Assembly: GCF_963921235.1 (NCBI RefSeq)
Contig: NC_086097.1
Coordinates: 70,992,001 to 71,056,000, forward strand
DNA length: 64,000 nucleotides
From: Mobula hypostoma
Taxonomy: Eukaryota
Direction: 5' to 3'
The notes beneath the pieces are model-generated. The model had not been told where the DNA came from. It searched no databases and saw only the letters and a list, made by a program, of their open reading frames with translations. Made by a program: the position numbers and the translations under genes. Positions 1-15,000 of the stretch are shown here, piece after piece; position 1 is the stretch's first letter; each line of letters opens with the position of its first letter.

Positions 1-3000
1 TTTCAGCGTTCCACCGCGTCTCTGTTCCCTCCAACCCAGCATGGATTTCAGCGTTCCACCGCGTCACTGTTCCCTCCAACCCAGCATGAATTTCAGCGTT
101 CCACCGCGTCACTGTTCCCTTCAACCCAGCGCGGATTACAGCGTGTCACCGCGTCTCTGTTCCCTCCAACCCAGCACGTATTACAGCGTGTCACCGCGTC
201 TCTGTTCCCTCCAACCCAGCATGGATTACAGCATGCCACCGCGTCTCTGTTCTCTCCAACCCAGCGCGGATTACAGCGTGCCACCGCGTCTCTGTTCCCT
301 CCAACCCAGCGCGGATTACAGCGTTCCACCGCGTCACTGTTCCCTCCAACCCAGCACGGATTACACCGTGACACCGCGTCTCTGTGCCCTCCAACCCAGC
401 ACGGATTTCACCGTGCCACCACGTATCTGTTCTCTCCAACCCAGCACGGATTTCACCGTGCCACCACGTATCTGTTCTCTCCAACCCAGCACGGATTTCA
501 CCGTGCCACCGCGTCGCTGTTCCCTCCAACCCAGCGCGGATTACAGCGTGCCGCCGCGTCTCTGTTCTGTCCAACCCAGCACGGATTACAGCGTGCCACC
601 GCGTCTCTGTTCCCTCCAACCCAGCGCGGATTACAGCGTGCCACCGCGTCTCTGTTCCCTCCAACCCAGCGCGGATTACAGCGTGCCACCGCATCTCTGT
701 TCCCTCCAACCCAGCACGGATTTCACCGTGTCACTGCGTCTCTGTGCCCTCCAACCCAGCGCGGATTACAGCGTTCCACCGCGTCTCTGTTCTCTCCAAC
801 CCAGCGCAGATTACAGCGTGCCACCGCGTCACTGTTCCCTCCAACCCAGCGCGGATTACAGCGTGCCACCGCGTCTCTGTTCCCTCCAACCCAGCGCGGA
901 TTACAGCGTGCCACCGCGTCTCTGTGCCGTCGAACCCAGCACGGATTTCACCGTGCCACCGCGTCTCTGTTCCCTCCAAACCAGCACGGATTACAGCGTT
1001 CCACCGCGTCACTGTTCTCTCCAACCCAGCACGGATTACACCGTCCCACCACGTCTCTATTCTCTCCAACCCAGCATGGATTACACCGTGCCACCGCGTC
1101 TCCGTTCCCTCCAACCCAGCACGGATTACAGCGTGCCACCGCGTCTCTGTTCCCTCCAACCCAGCACGGATTTCACCGTGTCACTGCGTCTCTGTGCCCT
1201 CCAACCCAGCACAGATTACAGCGTTCCACCACGTCTCTGTGCCCTCCAACCCAGCACGGATTACAGCGTTCCACAGCGTCTCCGTGCCCTTCAACCCAGC
1301 ACGGATTACAGCGTGCCACCGCATCTCTGTTCCCTCCAACCCAGCACGGATTTCACCGTGTCACTGCGTCTCTGTGCCCTCCAACCCAGCACAGATTACA
1401 GCGTTCCACCACGTCTCTGTGCCCTCCAACCCAGCACGGATTACAGCGTTCCACAGCGTCTCTGTGCCCTTCAACCCAGCACGGATTACAGCGTGCCACC
1501 GCATCTCTGTGCCCTCCAACCCAGCACGGATTTCACCGTGTCACTGCGTCTCTGTGCCCTCCAACCCAGCACAGATTACAGCGTTCCACCACGTCTCTGT
1601 GCCCTCCAACCCAGCACGGATTACTCCGTGCCACCGCGTCACTGTTCCCTCCAACCCAGCACGGATTACACCGTGCCACCGCGTCTCTGTTCTCTCCAAC
1701 CCAGCACGGATTACAGCGTTCCACCGCGTCTCTGTTCTCTCCAACCCAGCACGGATTACAGCGTTCCACTGCGTCACTGTTCCCTCCAACCCAGCACGGA
1801 TTACAACGTGCCACCGCGTCTCTGTGCCCTCCAACCCAGCACGGATTACAGCTTGCCACCGCGTCTCTGTGCCCTCCAACCCAGCACGGATTACAGCGTG
1901 TCACTGCGTCTCTGTTCTCTCCAAACCAGCACGGATTACACCGTGCCACCGCGTCTCTGTTCCCTCCAACCCAGCACGGATTACAGCGTGCCACCGCGTC
2001 ACTGTGCCCTCCAACCCAGCATGGATTACACCGTGACACCACGTCTCTGTGCCCTCCAACACAGCATGGATTACAGCGTTCCACCGCGTCACTGTTCTCT
2101 CCAACCCAGCACGGATTACAACGTGCCACCGCGTCTCTGTTCTCTCCAACGCAGCACGGATTACACCGTGTCACCGCGTCTCTGTTCTCTCCAACCCAGC
2201 GCGGATTACAGCGTGCCACCGCGTCTCTGTGCCCTCCAACACAGCACGGATTACAGCGTGCCACCGCTTCTCTGTTCCCTCCAACCCAGTGCGGATTACA
2301 GCGTTCCACCGCGTCACTGTTCTCTCCAACCCAGCACGGATTACACCGTGCCACTGCGTCTCTGTTCCCTCCAAACCAGCACGGATTTCAGCGTGCCACC
2401 GCGTCTCTGTTCCCTCCAACCCAGTGCGGATTACAGCGTTCCACCGCGTCACTGTTCTCTCCAACCCAGCACGGATTACACCGTGCCACTGCGTCTCTGT
2501 TCCCTCCAACCCAGCATGGATTTCAGCGTTCCACCGCGTCACTGTTCCCTCCAACCCAGCGCGGATTACAGCGTGTCACCGTGTCTCTGTTCCCTCCAAC
2601 CCAGCACGTATTACAGCGTGTCACCGCGTCTCTGTTCCCACCAACCCAGCATGGATTACAGCGTTCCACCGTGTCTCTGTTCCCTCCAACCCAGCACGGA
2701 TTACAGCGTTCCACCGCGTTACTGTTCTCTCCAACCCAGCGCGGATTACAGCGTGCCACCGCGTCTCTGTTCCCTCCAACCCAGCACGGATTACAGCGTT
2801 CCACCGCGTCACTGTTCCCTCCAACCCAGCACGGATTACACAGTGCCACCACGTCTCTGTTCCCTCCAACCCAGCACGGATTACACCGTGACACCACGTC
2901 TCTGTGCCCTCCAACCCAGCACGGATTTCACCGTGCCACCACGTCTCTGTGCCCTCCAACCCAGCACGGATTTCACCGTGCCACCGCGTATCTGTTCTCT

Positions 3001-6000
3001 CCAACCCAGCACGGATTTCAGCGTTCCACCGCGTCTCTGTTCCCTCAAACCCAGCACGTTTACAGCGTGCCGCCGTGTCTCTGTTCCCTCCAACCCAGCA
3101 CGGATTACACAGTGCCGCCGCGTCTCTGTTCTCTCCAACCCAGCACGGATTACACCGTGCCGCCGCGTCTCTGTTCTCTCCAACCCAGCGCGGATTACAC
3201 CGTGCCACCGTGACTCTGTTCTCTCTAACCCAGCACGGATTACACAGTGCCGCCGCGTCTCTGTTCTCTCCAACCCAGCACGGATTACACCGTCCCACCG
3301 CGTCTCTGTGCCCTCCAACCCAGCACGGATTACAGCGTTCCGCTGCGTCTCTGTGCCCTCCAACCCAGCACGGATTACAGCGTTCCGCTGCGTCTCTGTG
3401 CCCTCCAACCCAGCACGGATTAAACCGTGCCACCGCGTCTCTGTGCCCTCCAACCCAGCACGGATTACAACGTGCCACCGCGTCTCTGCGCCCTCCAACC
3501 CAGCTCAGATTACACCGTGCCACCGCGTCTCTGTGCCCTCCAACCCAGCACAGATTACAGCGTTCCACCGCGTCTCTGTTCCCTCCAACCCAGCATGGAT
3601 TACACTGTGCCACCGCCTCACTGTTCTCTCCAACCCAGCACGGATTACAGCGTGCCGCCGCGTCTCTGTTCTGTCCATCCCAGCACGGATTACACCGTGG
3701 CACCGCGTCTGTGTTCTCTCCAACCCAGCACGGATTACTGCGTGCCACCGCGTGTCTGTTCCCTCCAACCCAGCACGGATTACAGCGTGCCACCGCATCT
3801 CTGTGCCGTCCAACCCAGCACGGATTACACCGTGTCACCGCGTCTCCGTTGCCTCCAACCCAGCACGGATTGCAGTGTGCCACCGCGTCTCTGTTCTCTC
3901 CAATCCAGCACGGATTACACCGTGTCACCGCGTCTCCGTTGCCTCCAACCCAGCACGGATTACAGCGTTCCACCTCGTCTCTGTTCTCTCCAAACCAGCA
4001 CGGATTACAGCGTGCCACCGCGTCACTCTCCCTCCAAACCAGCACGGATTACACCGTGCCACCGCGTCTCTGTTCCCTCCAACCCAGCGCGGATTACACC
4101 GTGCCACCACGTCCCTCTGCCCTCCAACCCAGCACGGATTACAGCGTGCCACCGCGTCACTCTCCCTCCAACCCAGCACGGATTACACCGTGCCGCCGCG
4201 TCTCTGTTCTCTCCAACCCAGTATGGATTACACCGTGCCACCGCGTCTCTGTTCTCTCCAACCCAGCACGGATTACACCGTCCCGCCGCGTCTCTGTTCT
4301 CTCCAACCCAGCACGGATTACAGCGTGCCACGCGTCACTATTCCCTCCAAACCAGCACGGATTACACCGTGCCACCGCGTCACTGTGCCCTCCAACACAG
4401 CACGGATTACAGTGTTCCACCGCGTCTCTGTGCCCTCCAACCCAGCACGGATTACAGCGTTCCACTGCGTCTCTGTGCCCTCCAACCCAGCACGGATTAC
4501 AGCGTGCCACCGCGTCTCTGTGCCCTCCAACCCAGCACGGATTACACCGTGCCACCGCGTCTCTGTGCCCTCCAACCCAGCACGGATTACAGCGTGCCAC
4601 CGCGTCTCTGTGCCCTCCAACCCAGCACGGATTCCACCGTGCCACCGCGTCTCTGTGCCCTCCAACCCAGCACGGATTACAACGTGCCACCGCGTCTCTA
4701 TGCCCTCCAACCCAGCACAGATTTCACCGTGCCACCGCGTCTCTGTGCCCTCCAACCCAGCACAGATTACAGCGTTCCACCGCGTCTCTGTGCCCTCCAA
4801 CCCAGCACGGATTACAGCGTGCCACCGCGTCTCTGTGCCCTCCAACCCAGCACGGATTACAGCGTGCCGCCGCGTCTCTGTTCTCTCCAACCCAGCGCAG
4901 ATTACACCGTTCCACCGCGTCACTGTTCCCTCTAACCCAGCGCGGATTACACCGTCCCACCGCGACTCTGTTCTCTCCAACCCAGCACGGATTACAGCGT
5001 GCCACCGCGTCTCTGTGCCCTCCAACCCAGCACGGATGACACCGTCCCGCCGCGTCTCCGGTCTCTCCAACCCAGCACGGATTAAACCGTGCCACCGCGT
5101 CACTGTGCCCTCCAACCCAGCACGGATTACACTGTTCCACCGCGTCTCTGTGCCCTCCAACCCAGCACGGATTACAGTGTTCCACCGCGTCTCGGTGCCC
5201 TCCAAACCAGCACGGATTACAGCGTGCCACCGCGTCTCTGTTCCCTCCAACCCAGTGCGGATTACAGCGTTCCACCGCGTCACTGTTCTCTCCAACCCAG
5301 CACGGATTACACCGTGCCACTGCGTCTCTGTTCCCTCCAAACCAGCACGGATTTCAGCGTTCCACCGCGTCTCTGTTCCCTCCAACCCAGCATGGATTTC
5401 AGCGTTCCACCGCGTCACTGTTCCCTTCAACCCACTGCGGATTACAGCGTGTCACCGTGTCTCTGTTCCCTCCAACCCAGCACGCATTACAGCGTGTCAC
5501 CGCGTCTCTGTTCCCTCCAACCCAGCATCGATTACAGCGTTCCACCGCGTCTCTGTTCTCTCCAACCCAGCGCGGATTACAGCGTGCCACCGCGTCTCTG
5601 TTCCCTCCAACCCAGCACGGATTACAGCGTTCCACCGCGTCACTGTTCCCTCCAACCCAGCACGGATTACACAGTGCCACCACGTCTCTGTTCCCTCCAA
5701 CCCAGCACGGATTACACCGTGACACCACGTCTCTGTGCCCTCAAACCCAGCACGGATTTCACCGTGCCACCGCGTATCTGTTCTCTCCAACCCTGCGCGG
5801 ATTACACCGTGCCACCGCGTCACTGTTCTCTCCAAACCAGCACGGATTACAGCGTTCCACCGCGTCTCTGTTCCCTCAAACCCAGCATGGATTACACCGT
5901 GCCACCGCGTATCTGTTCCCTCCAACCCAGCACGGATTACACCGTTCCACCGCGTCTCTGTTTTCTCCAACCCAGCGCGGATTACACCGTGCCACCGCGT

Positions 6001-9000
6001 CACTGTTCTCTCCAACCCAGCGCGGATTACACCGTGCCGCCGCGTCTCTGTTCTCTCCAACCCAGCGCGGATTACACCGTGCCACCGTGACTCTGTTCTC
6101 TCCAACCCAGCACGGATTACACAGTGCCGCCGCGTCTCTGTTCTCTCCAACCCAGCACGGATTACACCGTCCCGCCGCGTCTCTGTTCTCTCCAACCCAG
6201 CACGGATTACAGCGTGCCACCGCGTCACTGTGCCCTCCAACCCAGCACGGATTACAGTGTTCCACCTCGTCTCTGTGCCCTCCAACCCAGCACGGATTAC
6301 AGCATTCCGCTGCGTCTCTGTGCCCTCCAACCCAGCACGGATTACAACGTGCCACCGCGTCTCTGTGCCCTCCAACCCAGCACAGATTACAGCGTTCCAC
6401 TGCGTCTCTGTGCCCTCCAACGCAGCGCGGATTACACTGTGCCACCGCCTCACTGTTCTCTCCAACCCAGCACGGATTACAGCGTGCCGCCGCGTCTCTG
6501 TTCTGTCCATCCCAGCACGGATTACACCGTGGCACCGCGTCTCTGTTCTCTCCAACCCAGCACGGATTACAGCGTGCCACCGCGTCTCTGTTCCCTCCAA
6601 CCCAGCACGGATTACAGCGTGCCACCGCATCTCTGTGCCGTCCAACCCAGCACGGCTTACACCGTGTCACCGCGTCTCCGTTGCCTCCAACCCAGCACGG
6701 ATTACAGCGTGCCACCGTGTCTCTGTTCCCTCCAATCCACCACGGATTACACCGTGTCACTGCGTCTCCGTTGTCTCCAACCCAGCACGGATTACAGCGT
6801 GCCGCCGCGTCTCTGTTCTGTCCATCCCAGCACGGATTACACCGTGGCACCGCGTCTCTGTTCTCTCCAACCCAGCACAGATTAAAGCGTGCCACCGTGT
6901 CACTGTTCCCTCCAACCCAACACGGATTACACCGTGCCACCGCGTCTCTGTTCCCTCCAACCCAGCACGGATTACACCGTGCCACCGCGTCTCTGTTCCC
7001 TCTAACCCAGCGTGGATTACAGCGTGCCACCGCATCGCTGTGCCGTCCAACACAGCACGAATTACACCGTTCCACCTCGTCTCTGTTCTCTTCGAACCAG
7101 CGCATATTACACCGTGCCACCGCGTCTCTGTTCCCTCCAATCCAGCACGGATTACAGCGTCCCACTGCGTCTCTGTTCCCTCCAACCCAACGCGGATTAC
7201 AGCGTGCCACCGCTTCTCTCTTCCTTCCAACCCAGCGCGGATTTCAGCGTTCCACCGCGTCACTGTGCCCTCCAACGCAGCACGGATTACACCGTGCCAC
7301 CGCGTCTCTGTTCCCTCCAACCCAGCGCGGATTACACCGTGCCACCACGTCCCTCTGCCCTCCAACCCAGCACGGATTACAGCGTGCCACCGCGTCACTC
7401 TCCCTCCAAACCAGCACGGATTAAACCGTGCCGCCGCGTCTCTGTTGTCTCCAACCCAGCACGGATTACACCGTGCCACCGCGTCTCTGTTCTCTCCAAC
7501 CCAGCACGGATTACACCGTGCCACCGCGTGTCTGTTCTCTCCAACCCAGCACGGATTACACGGTCCCACCGCGTCTCTGTTCTCTCCAACCCAGCACGGA
7601 TTACAGCGTGCCACCACGTCACTGTGCCCTCCAACCCAGCACGGATTACAACGTGCCACCGCGTCTCTGTGCCCTCCAACCCAGCACAGATTTCACCGTG
7701 CCACCGCGTCTCTGTGCCCTCCAACCCAGCACAGATTACAGCGTTCCACCGCGTCTCTGTGTCCTCCAACCGAGCACGGATTACAGCGTGCCACCGCCTC
7801 ACTGTTCTCTCCAACCCAGCACGGATTACAGCGTGCCGCCGCGTCTCTGTTCTGTCCATCCCAGCACGGATTACACCGTGGCACCGCGTCTCTGTTCTCT
7901 CCAACCCAGCACAGATTACAGCGTGCCACCGCGTCACTGTTCCCTCCAACCCAGCACGGATTACACCGTGCCACCGCGTCACTGTTCCCTCCAACCCAGC
8001 ACGGATTACACCGTGCCACCGCATCTCTGTTCCCTCCAATCCAGCACGGATTACAGCGTGCCACCGCGTCTCTGTTCCTTCCAACCCAGCGCGGATTACA
8101 GCGTGCCACCGCGTCTCTATGCCGTCGAACCCAGCATGGATTACAGCGTTCCACCGCGTCTCTGTTCCCTCCAACCCAGCGCGGATTACACCGTGCCACC
8201 GCGTCTCTGTTCCCTCCAACCCAGCGCGGATTACACCGTGCCACCACGTCCCTCTGCCCTCCAACCCAGCACGGATTACAGCGTGCCACCGCGTCACTCT
8301 CCCTCCAACCCAGCACGGATTACACCGTCCCGCCGCGTCTCTGTTCTCTCCAACCCAGCACGGATTACAGCGTGCCACGCGTCACTATTCCCTCCAAACC
8401 AGCACGGATTACAGCGTGCCACCGCGTCTCTGTGCCCTCCAACCCAGCACGGATTACAGCGTGCCGCCGCGTCTCTGTTCTCTCCAACCCAGCGCAGATT
8501 ACACCGTTCCACCGCGTCACTGTTCCCTCTAACCCAGCGCGGATTACACCGTCCCACCGCGACTCTGTTCTCTCCAACCCAGCACGGATTACACCGTGCC
8601 ACCGCGTCTCTGTTCTCTCCAACCCAGCACGGATTACACCGTGCCACCGCGTCTCTGTTCTCTCCAACCCAGCACGGATTACACGGTCCCGCCGCGTCTC
8701 TGTTCTCTCCAACCCAGCACGGATTACACCGTCCCGCCACGTCACTATTCCCTCCAAACCTGCACGGATTACACCGTGCCACCGCGTCACTGTGCCCTCC
8801 AACCCAGCACGGATTACAGTGTTCCACCGCGTCTCTGTGCCCTCCAACCCAGCACGGATTACAGCGTTCCATTGCGTCTCTGTGCCCTCCAACCCAGCAC
8901 GGATTACAACGTGCCACCGCGTCTCTATGCCCTCCAACCCAGCACAGATTTCACCGTGCCACCGCGTCTCTGTGCCCTCCAACCCAGCACGGATTACAGC

Positions 9001-12000
9001 GTGCCACCGCGTCTCTGTGCCCTCCAACCCAGCACGGATTACAGCGTGCCACTGCGTCTCTGTGCCCTCCAACCCAGCACAGATTACAGCGTTCCACCTC
9101 GTCTCTGTGCCCTCCAACCCAGCACGGATTACAGCGTGCCACCGCGTCTCTGTGCCCTCCAACCCAGCACGGATTACAGCGTTCCACCGCGTCTCTGTGC
9201 CCTCCAACCCAGCACAGATTACAGCTTGCCACCGCGTCTCTGTGCCCTCCAACCCAGCACGGATTACAGCGTTCCACCGCGTCTCTGTGCCCTCCAACCC
9301 AGCACGGATTACAGCGTGTCACTGCGTCTCTGTTCCCTCCAACCCAGCACGGATTACACCGTGCCACCGCGTCGCTGTTCTCTCCAACCCAGCACGGATT
9401 ACAGCGTGCCACCGCGTTCCTGTGCCCTCCAACCCAGTGCGGATTACACCGTGCCACCGCCTCACTGTTCTCTCCAACCCAGCATGGATTACAGCGTGCC
9501 GCCGCGTCTCTGTTCTCTCCAACCCAGCGAAGATTACACCGTTCCACCGCGTCACTGTTCCCTCTAACCCAGCGCGGATTACACCGTCCCACCGCGACTC
9601 TGTTCTCTCCAACCCAGCACGGATTACACAGTTACGCCGCGTCTCTGTTCTCTCCAACCCAGCACGGATTACACCGTCCCGCCGCGTCTCTGTTCTCTCC
9701 AACCCAGCACGGATTACACCGTGGCATCGCGTCTCTGTTCTCTCCAACCCAGCACGGATTACAGCGTGCCACCGCGTCTCTGTGCCCTCCAACCCAGCAC
9801 GGATGACACCGTCCCGCCGCGTCTCCGGTCTCTCCAACCCAGCACGGATTACAGCTATCCACCGCGTCTCTGTGCCCTCCAACCCAGCACGGATTACAGC
9901 TTGCCACCGCGTCTCTGTGCCCTCCAACCCAGCATGGATTACAGCGTGCCACCGCGTCTTTGTGCCCTCCAAGCCAGCACGGATGATACCGTCCCGCCGC
10001 GTCTCCGGTCTCTCCAACCCAGCACGGATTACAGCGTTCCACCGCGTCTCTGTGCCCTCCAACCCAGCACGGATTACAGCTTGCCACCGCGTCTCTGTGC
10101 CCTCCAACCCAGCACGGATTACAGCGTTCCACCGCGTCTCTGTGCCCTCCAACCCAGCACGGATTACACCGTGCCACCGCGTCGCTGTTCTCTCCAACCC
10201 AGCACGGATTACAGCGTGCCACCGCGTCTCTGTTCCCTCCAACCCAGTGCGGATTACAGAGTGCCACCGCGTCGCTGTTCTCTCCAACCCAGCCCGGATT
10301 ACAGCATGCCACCGCGTCTCTGTTCTCTCCAACCCAGCACGGATTACAGCATGCCACCGCGTTCCTGTGCCCTCCAACCCAGTGCGGATTACAGCGTTCC
10401 ACCGCGTCACTGTTCCCTCCAACCCAGCACGGATTACACCGTGCCACCGCCTCACTGTTCTCTCCAACCCAGCATGGATTACAGCGTGCCACCGCGTCTC
10501 TGTTCTCTCCAACCCAGCGCAGATTACACCGTTCCACCGCGTCACTGTTCCCTCTAACCCAGCGCGGATTACACCGTCCCACCGCGACTCTGTTCTCTCC
10601 AACCCAGCACGGATTACACAGTGCCGCCGCGTCTTTGTTCTCTCCAACCCAGCACGGATTACAGCGTGCCACCGCGTCACTGTTCCCTCTAACCCAGCGC
10701 GGATTACACCGTCCCACCGCGTCTCTGTTCTCTCCAACCCAGCACAGATTACAGCGTGCCACCGCGTCTCTGTTCTCTCCAACCCAGCATGGATTACACC
10801 GTGCCACTGCGTCTCTGTTCTCTCCAACCCAGCACAGATTACACCGTGCCACCGCGTCTCTGTGCCCTCCAACCCAGCACAGATTACAGCGTGCCACTGC
10901 GTCTCTGTTCCCTCCAACCCAGCACGGATGACACCGTCCCGCCGCGTCTCCGGTCTCTCCAACCCAGCACGGATTAAACCGTGCCACCGCGTCACTGTGC
11001 CCTCCAACCCAGCACGGATTACACTGTTCCACCGCGTCTCTGTGCCCTCCAACCCAGCACGGATTACAGTGTTCCACCGCGTCTCGGTGCCCTCCAAACC
11101 AGCACAGATTACAGCGTTCCACCGCGTCACTGTGCCCTCCAACCCAGCACGGATTACAGCGTTCCACCGCGTCTCTGTGCCCTCCAACCCAGCACAGATT
11201 ACAGCGTGCCACTGCGTCTCTGTTCCCTCCAACCCAGCGCGGATTACAGCGTGCCACCGCGTCTCTGTGCCGTCCAACCCAGCACGGATTACACCGTTCC
11301 ACCTCGTCTCTGTTCTCTCTAAACCAGCATGGATTACACCGTGCCACCGCGTCTCTGTTCCCTCCAACCCAGTGCGGATTACAGCGTTCCACCGCGTCTC
11401 TGTGCCCTCCAACCCAGCACAGATTACAGCGTGCCACTGCGTCTCTGTTCCCTCCAACCCAGCACGGATTACAGCGTGCCACCGCGTCTCTGTGCCGTCC
11501 AACCCAGCACGGATTACACCGTTCCACCTCGTCTCTGTTCTCTCTAAACCAGCATGGATTACACCGTGCCACCGCGTCTCTGTTCCCTCCAATCCAGCAC
11601 GGATTACAGCCTGCCACCGCGTCTCTGTTCCCTCCAATCCAGTACGGATTACAGCGTGCCGCCGCGTCTCTGTTCCCTCCAACCCAGTGCGGATTACAGC
11701 GTTCCACCGTGTATCTGTTCTCTCCAACCCAGCGTGGATTACACCGTGCCACTGCCTCACTGTTCTCTCCAACCCAGCACGGATTACAGCGTTCCACCGC
11801 GTCACTGTGCCCTCCAACCCAACACGGATTACAGCGTGCCACCGCGTCTCTGTTCCCTCCAACCCAGTGCGGATTACAGCGTTCCACCGCGTCACTGTTC
11901 CCTCTAACCCAGCGCGGATTACACCGTGCCACCGTGTCTCTGTTCTCTCCAACCCAGCATGGATTACACCGTCCCACCGCGACTCTGTTCTCTCCATCAC

Positions 12001-15000
12001 AGCACGGATTACACAGTGCCGCCGCGTCTCTGTTCCCTCCAACCCAGCATGGATTAAACCGTGCCACCGCGTCTCTGTTCTCTCCAACCCAGCACGGATT
12101 ACACCGTGTCACCGCGTCTCTGTTCTCTCCAACCCAGCACAGATTACAGCGTGCCACCGCGTCTCTGTGCCCTACAACCCAGCACGGATGACACCGTCCC
12201 GCCGCGTCTCCGGTCTCTCCAAACCAGCACGGATTAAACCGTGCCACCGCATCACTGTGCCCTCCAACCCAGCACGGATTACACTGTTCCACCGCGTCTC
12301 TGTGCCCTCCAACCCAGCACGGATTACAGCGTTCCACCGCGTCACTGTGCCCTCCAACCCAGCACGGATTACAGCGTTCCACCGCGTCTCTGTGCCCTCC
12401 AACCCAGCACGGATTACACCGTTCCACCTCGTCTCTGTTCTCTCTAAACCAGCATGGATTACACCGTGCCACCGCGTCTCTGTTCCCTCCAACCCAGCAC
12501 GGATTACAGCGTGCCGCCGCGTCTCTGTTCCCTCCAACCCAGTGCGGATTACAGCGTTCCACCGCGTCTCTGTGCCCTCCAACCCAGCACAGATTACAGC
12601 GTGCCACTGCGTCTCTGTTCCCTCCAACCCAGCGCGGATTACAGCGTGCCACCGCGTCTCTGTGCCGTCCAACCCAGCACGGATTACACCGTTCCACCTC
12701 GTCTCTGTTCTCTCTAAACCAGCATGGATTACACCGTGCCACCGCGTCTCTGTTCCCTCCAACCCAGCACGGATTACACCGTGCCACCGCGTCTCTGTTC
12801 CCTCCAATCCAGCACGGATTACAGCGTGCCGCCGCGTCTCTGTTCCCTCCAACCCAGTGCGGATTACAGCGTTCCACCGCGTCACTGTGCCCTCCAACCC
12901 AGCACGGATTACAGCGTTCCACCGCGTCTCTGTGCCCTCCAACCCAGCACGGATTACACCGTTCCACCTCGTCTCTGTTCTCTCTAAACCAGCATGGATT
13001 ACACCGTGCCACCGCGTCTCTGTTCCCTCCAACCCAGCACGGATTACAGCGTGCCGCCGCGTCTCTGTTCCCTCCAACCCAGTGCGGATTACAGCGTTCC
13101 ACCGCGTCTCTGTGCCCTCCAACCCAGCACAGATTACAGCGTGCCACCGCGTCTCTGTGCCGTCCAACCCAGCACGGATTACACCGTTCCACCTCGTCTC
13201 TGTTCTCTCTAAACCAGCATGGATTACACCGTGCCACCGCGTCTCTGTTCCCTCCAACCCAGCACGGATTACAGCGTGCCGCCGCGTCTCTGTTCCCTCC
13301 AACCCAGTGCGGATTACAGCGTTCCACCGCGTCTCTGTGCCCTCCAACCCAGCACAGATTACAGCGTGCCACTGCGTCTCTGTTCCCTCCAACCCAGCGC
13401 GGATTACAGCGTGCCACCGCGTCTCTGTGCCGTCCAACCCAGCACGGATTACACCGTTCCACCTCGTCTCTGTTCTCTCTAAACCAGCATGGATTACACC
13501 GTGCCACCGCGTCTCTGTTCCCTCCAACCCAGCACGGATTACACCGTGCCACCGCGTCTCTGTTCCCTCCAATCCAGCACGGATTACAGCGTGCCGCCGC
13601 GTCTCTGTTCCCTCCAACCCAGTGCGGATTACAGCGTTCCACCGTGTATCTGTTCTCTCCAACCCAGCGTGGATTACACCGTGCCACTGCCTCACTGTTC
13701 TCTCCAACCCAGCACGGATTACAGCGTTCCACCGCGTCTCTGTGCCCTCCAACCCAACACGGATTACAGCGTGCCACCGCGTCTCTGTTCCCTCCAACCC
13801 AGTGCGGATTACAGCGTTCCACCGCGTCACTGTTCCCTCCAACCCAGTGCGGATTACAGCGTGCCACCGCGTCCCTGTTCCCTCCAACCCAGTGCGGATT
13901 ACACCGTGCCACCGCGTCTCTGTTTTCTCCAACCCAGCGCAGATTACACCGTTCCACCGCGTCACTGTTCCCTCTAACCCAGCGCGGATTACACCGTGCC
14001 ACCGTGTCTCTGTTCTCTCCAACCCAGCATGGATTACACCGTCGCACCGCGACTCTGTTCTCTCCAACCCAGCACGGATTACACAGTGCCGCCGCGTCTC
14101 TGTTCCCTCCAACCCAGCACGGATTACACCGTGCCGCCGCGTCTCTGTTCCCTCCATCCCAGCATGGATTAAACCGTGTCACCGCGTCTCCGTTCCCTCC
14201 AACCCAGCACGGATTACACCGTGTCACTGCGTCTCTGTTCCCTCCAAACCAGCACAGATTAAACCGTGCCACCGCGTCTCTGTGCCCTCCAACCCAGCAC
14301 AGATTACAGCGTTCCACTGCGTCTCTGTGCCCTCCAACCCAGCACAGATTACAGCGTGTCACCTCGTCTCTGTTCTCTCCAACCCAGCACAGATTACAGC
14401 GTTCCACCGCGTCACTGTGCCCTCCAACCCAGCACGGATTACCCCGTGTCACCGCCTTACTGTTCTCTCCAACCCAGCACGGATTTCAGCGTTCCACCGC
14501 GTCACTGTTCCCTCTACCCAGCGCGGATTACAGCGTTCCACCGCGTCTCTGTTTTCTCCAACCCAGCACGGATTACACAGTACCGCCGCGTCTCTGTTCT
14601 CTCCAACCCAGCGCGTATTACACCGTGCCGCCGCGTCTCTGTTCCCTCCAACCCAGCGTGGATTACAGCGTACCACCGCGTCTCTGTTCACTCCAACCCA
14701 GCACGGATTACACAGTGCCACCGTGTCTCTGTTCTCTCCAACCCAGCACGGATTACAGTGTTCCACCGCGTCTCTGTGCCCTCCAACCCAGCACGGATTA
14801 CAGCGTTCCACTGCGTCTCTGTGCCCTCCAACCCAGCACGGATTACAACGTGCCACCGCGTCTCTGTGCCCTCCAACCCAGCACAGATTTCACCGTGCCA
14901 TCGCGTCTCCGGTCTCTCCAACCCAGCACGGATTACAACGTGCCACCGCGTCTCTGTGCCCTCCAACCCAGCACAGATTACAGCGTTCCACCGCGTCTCT

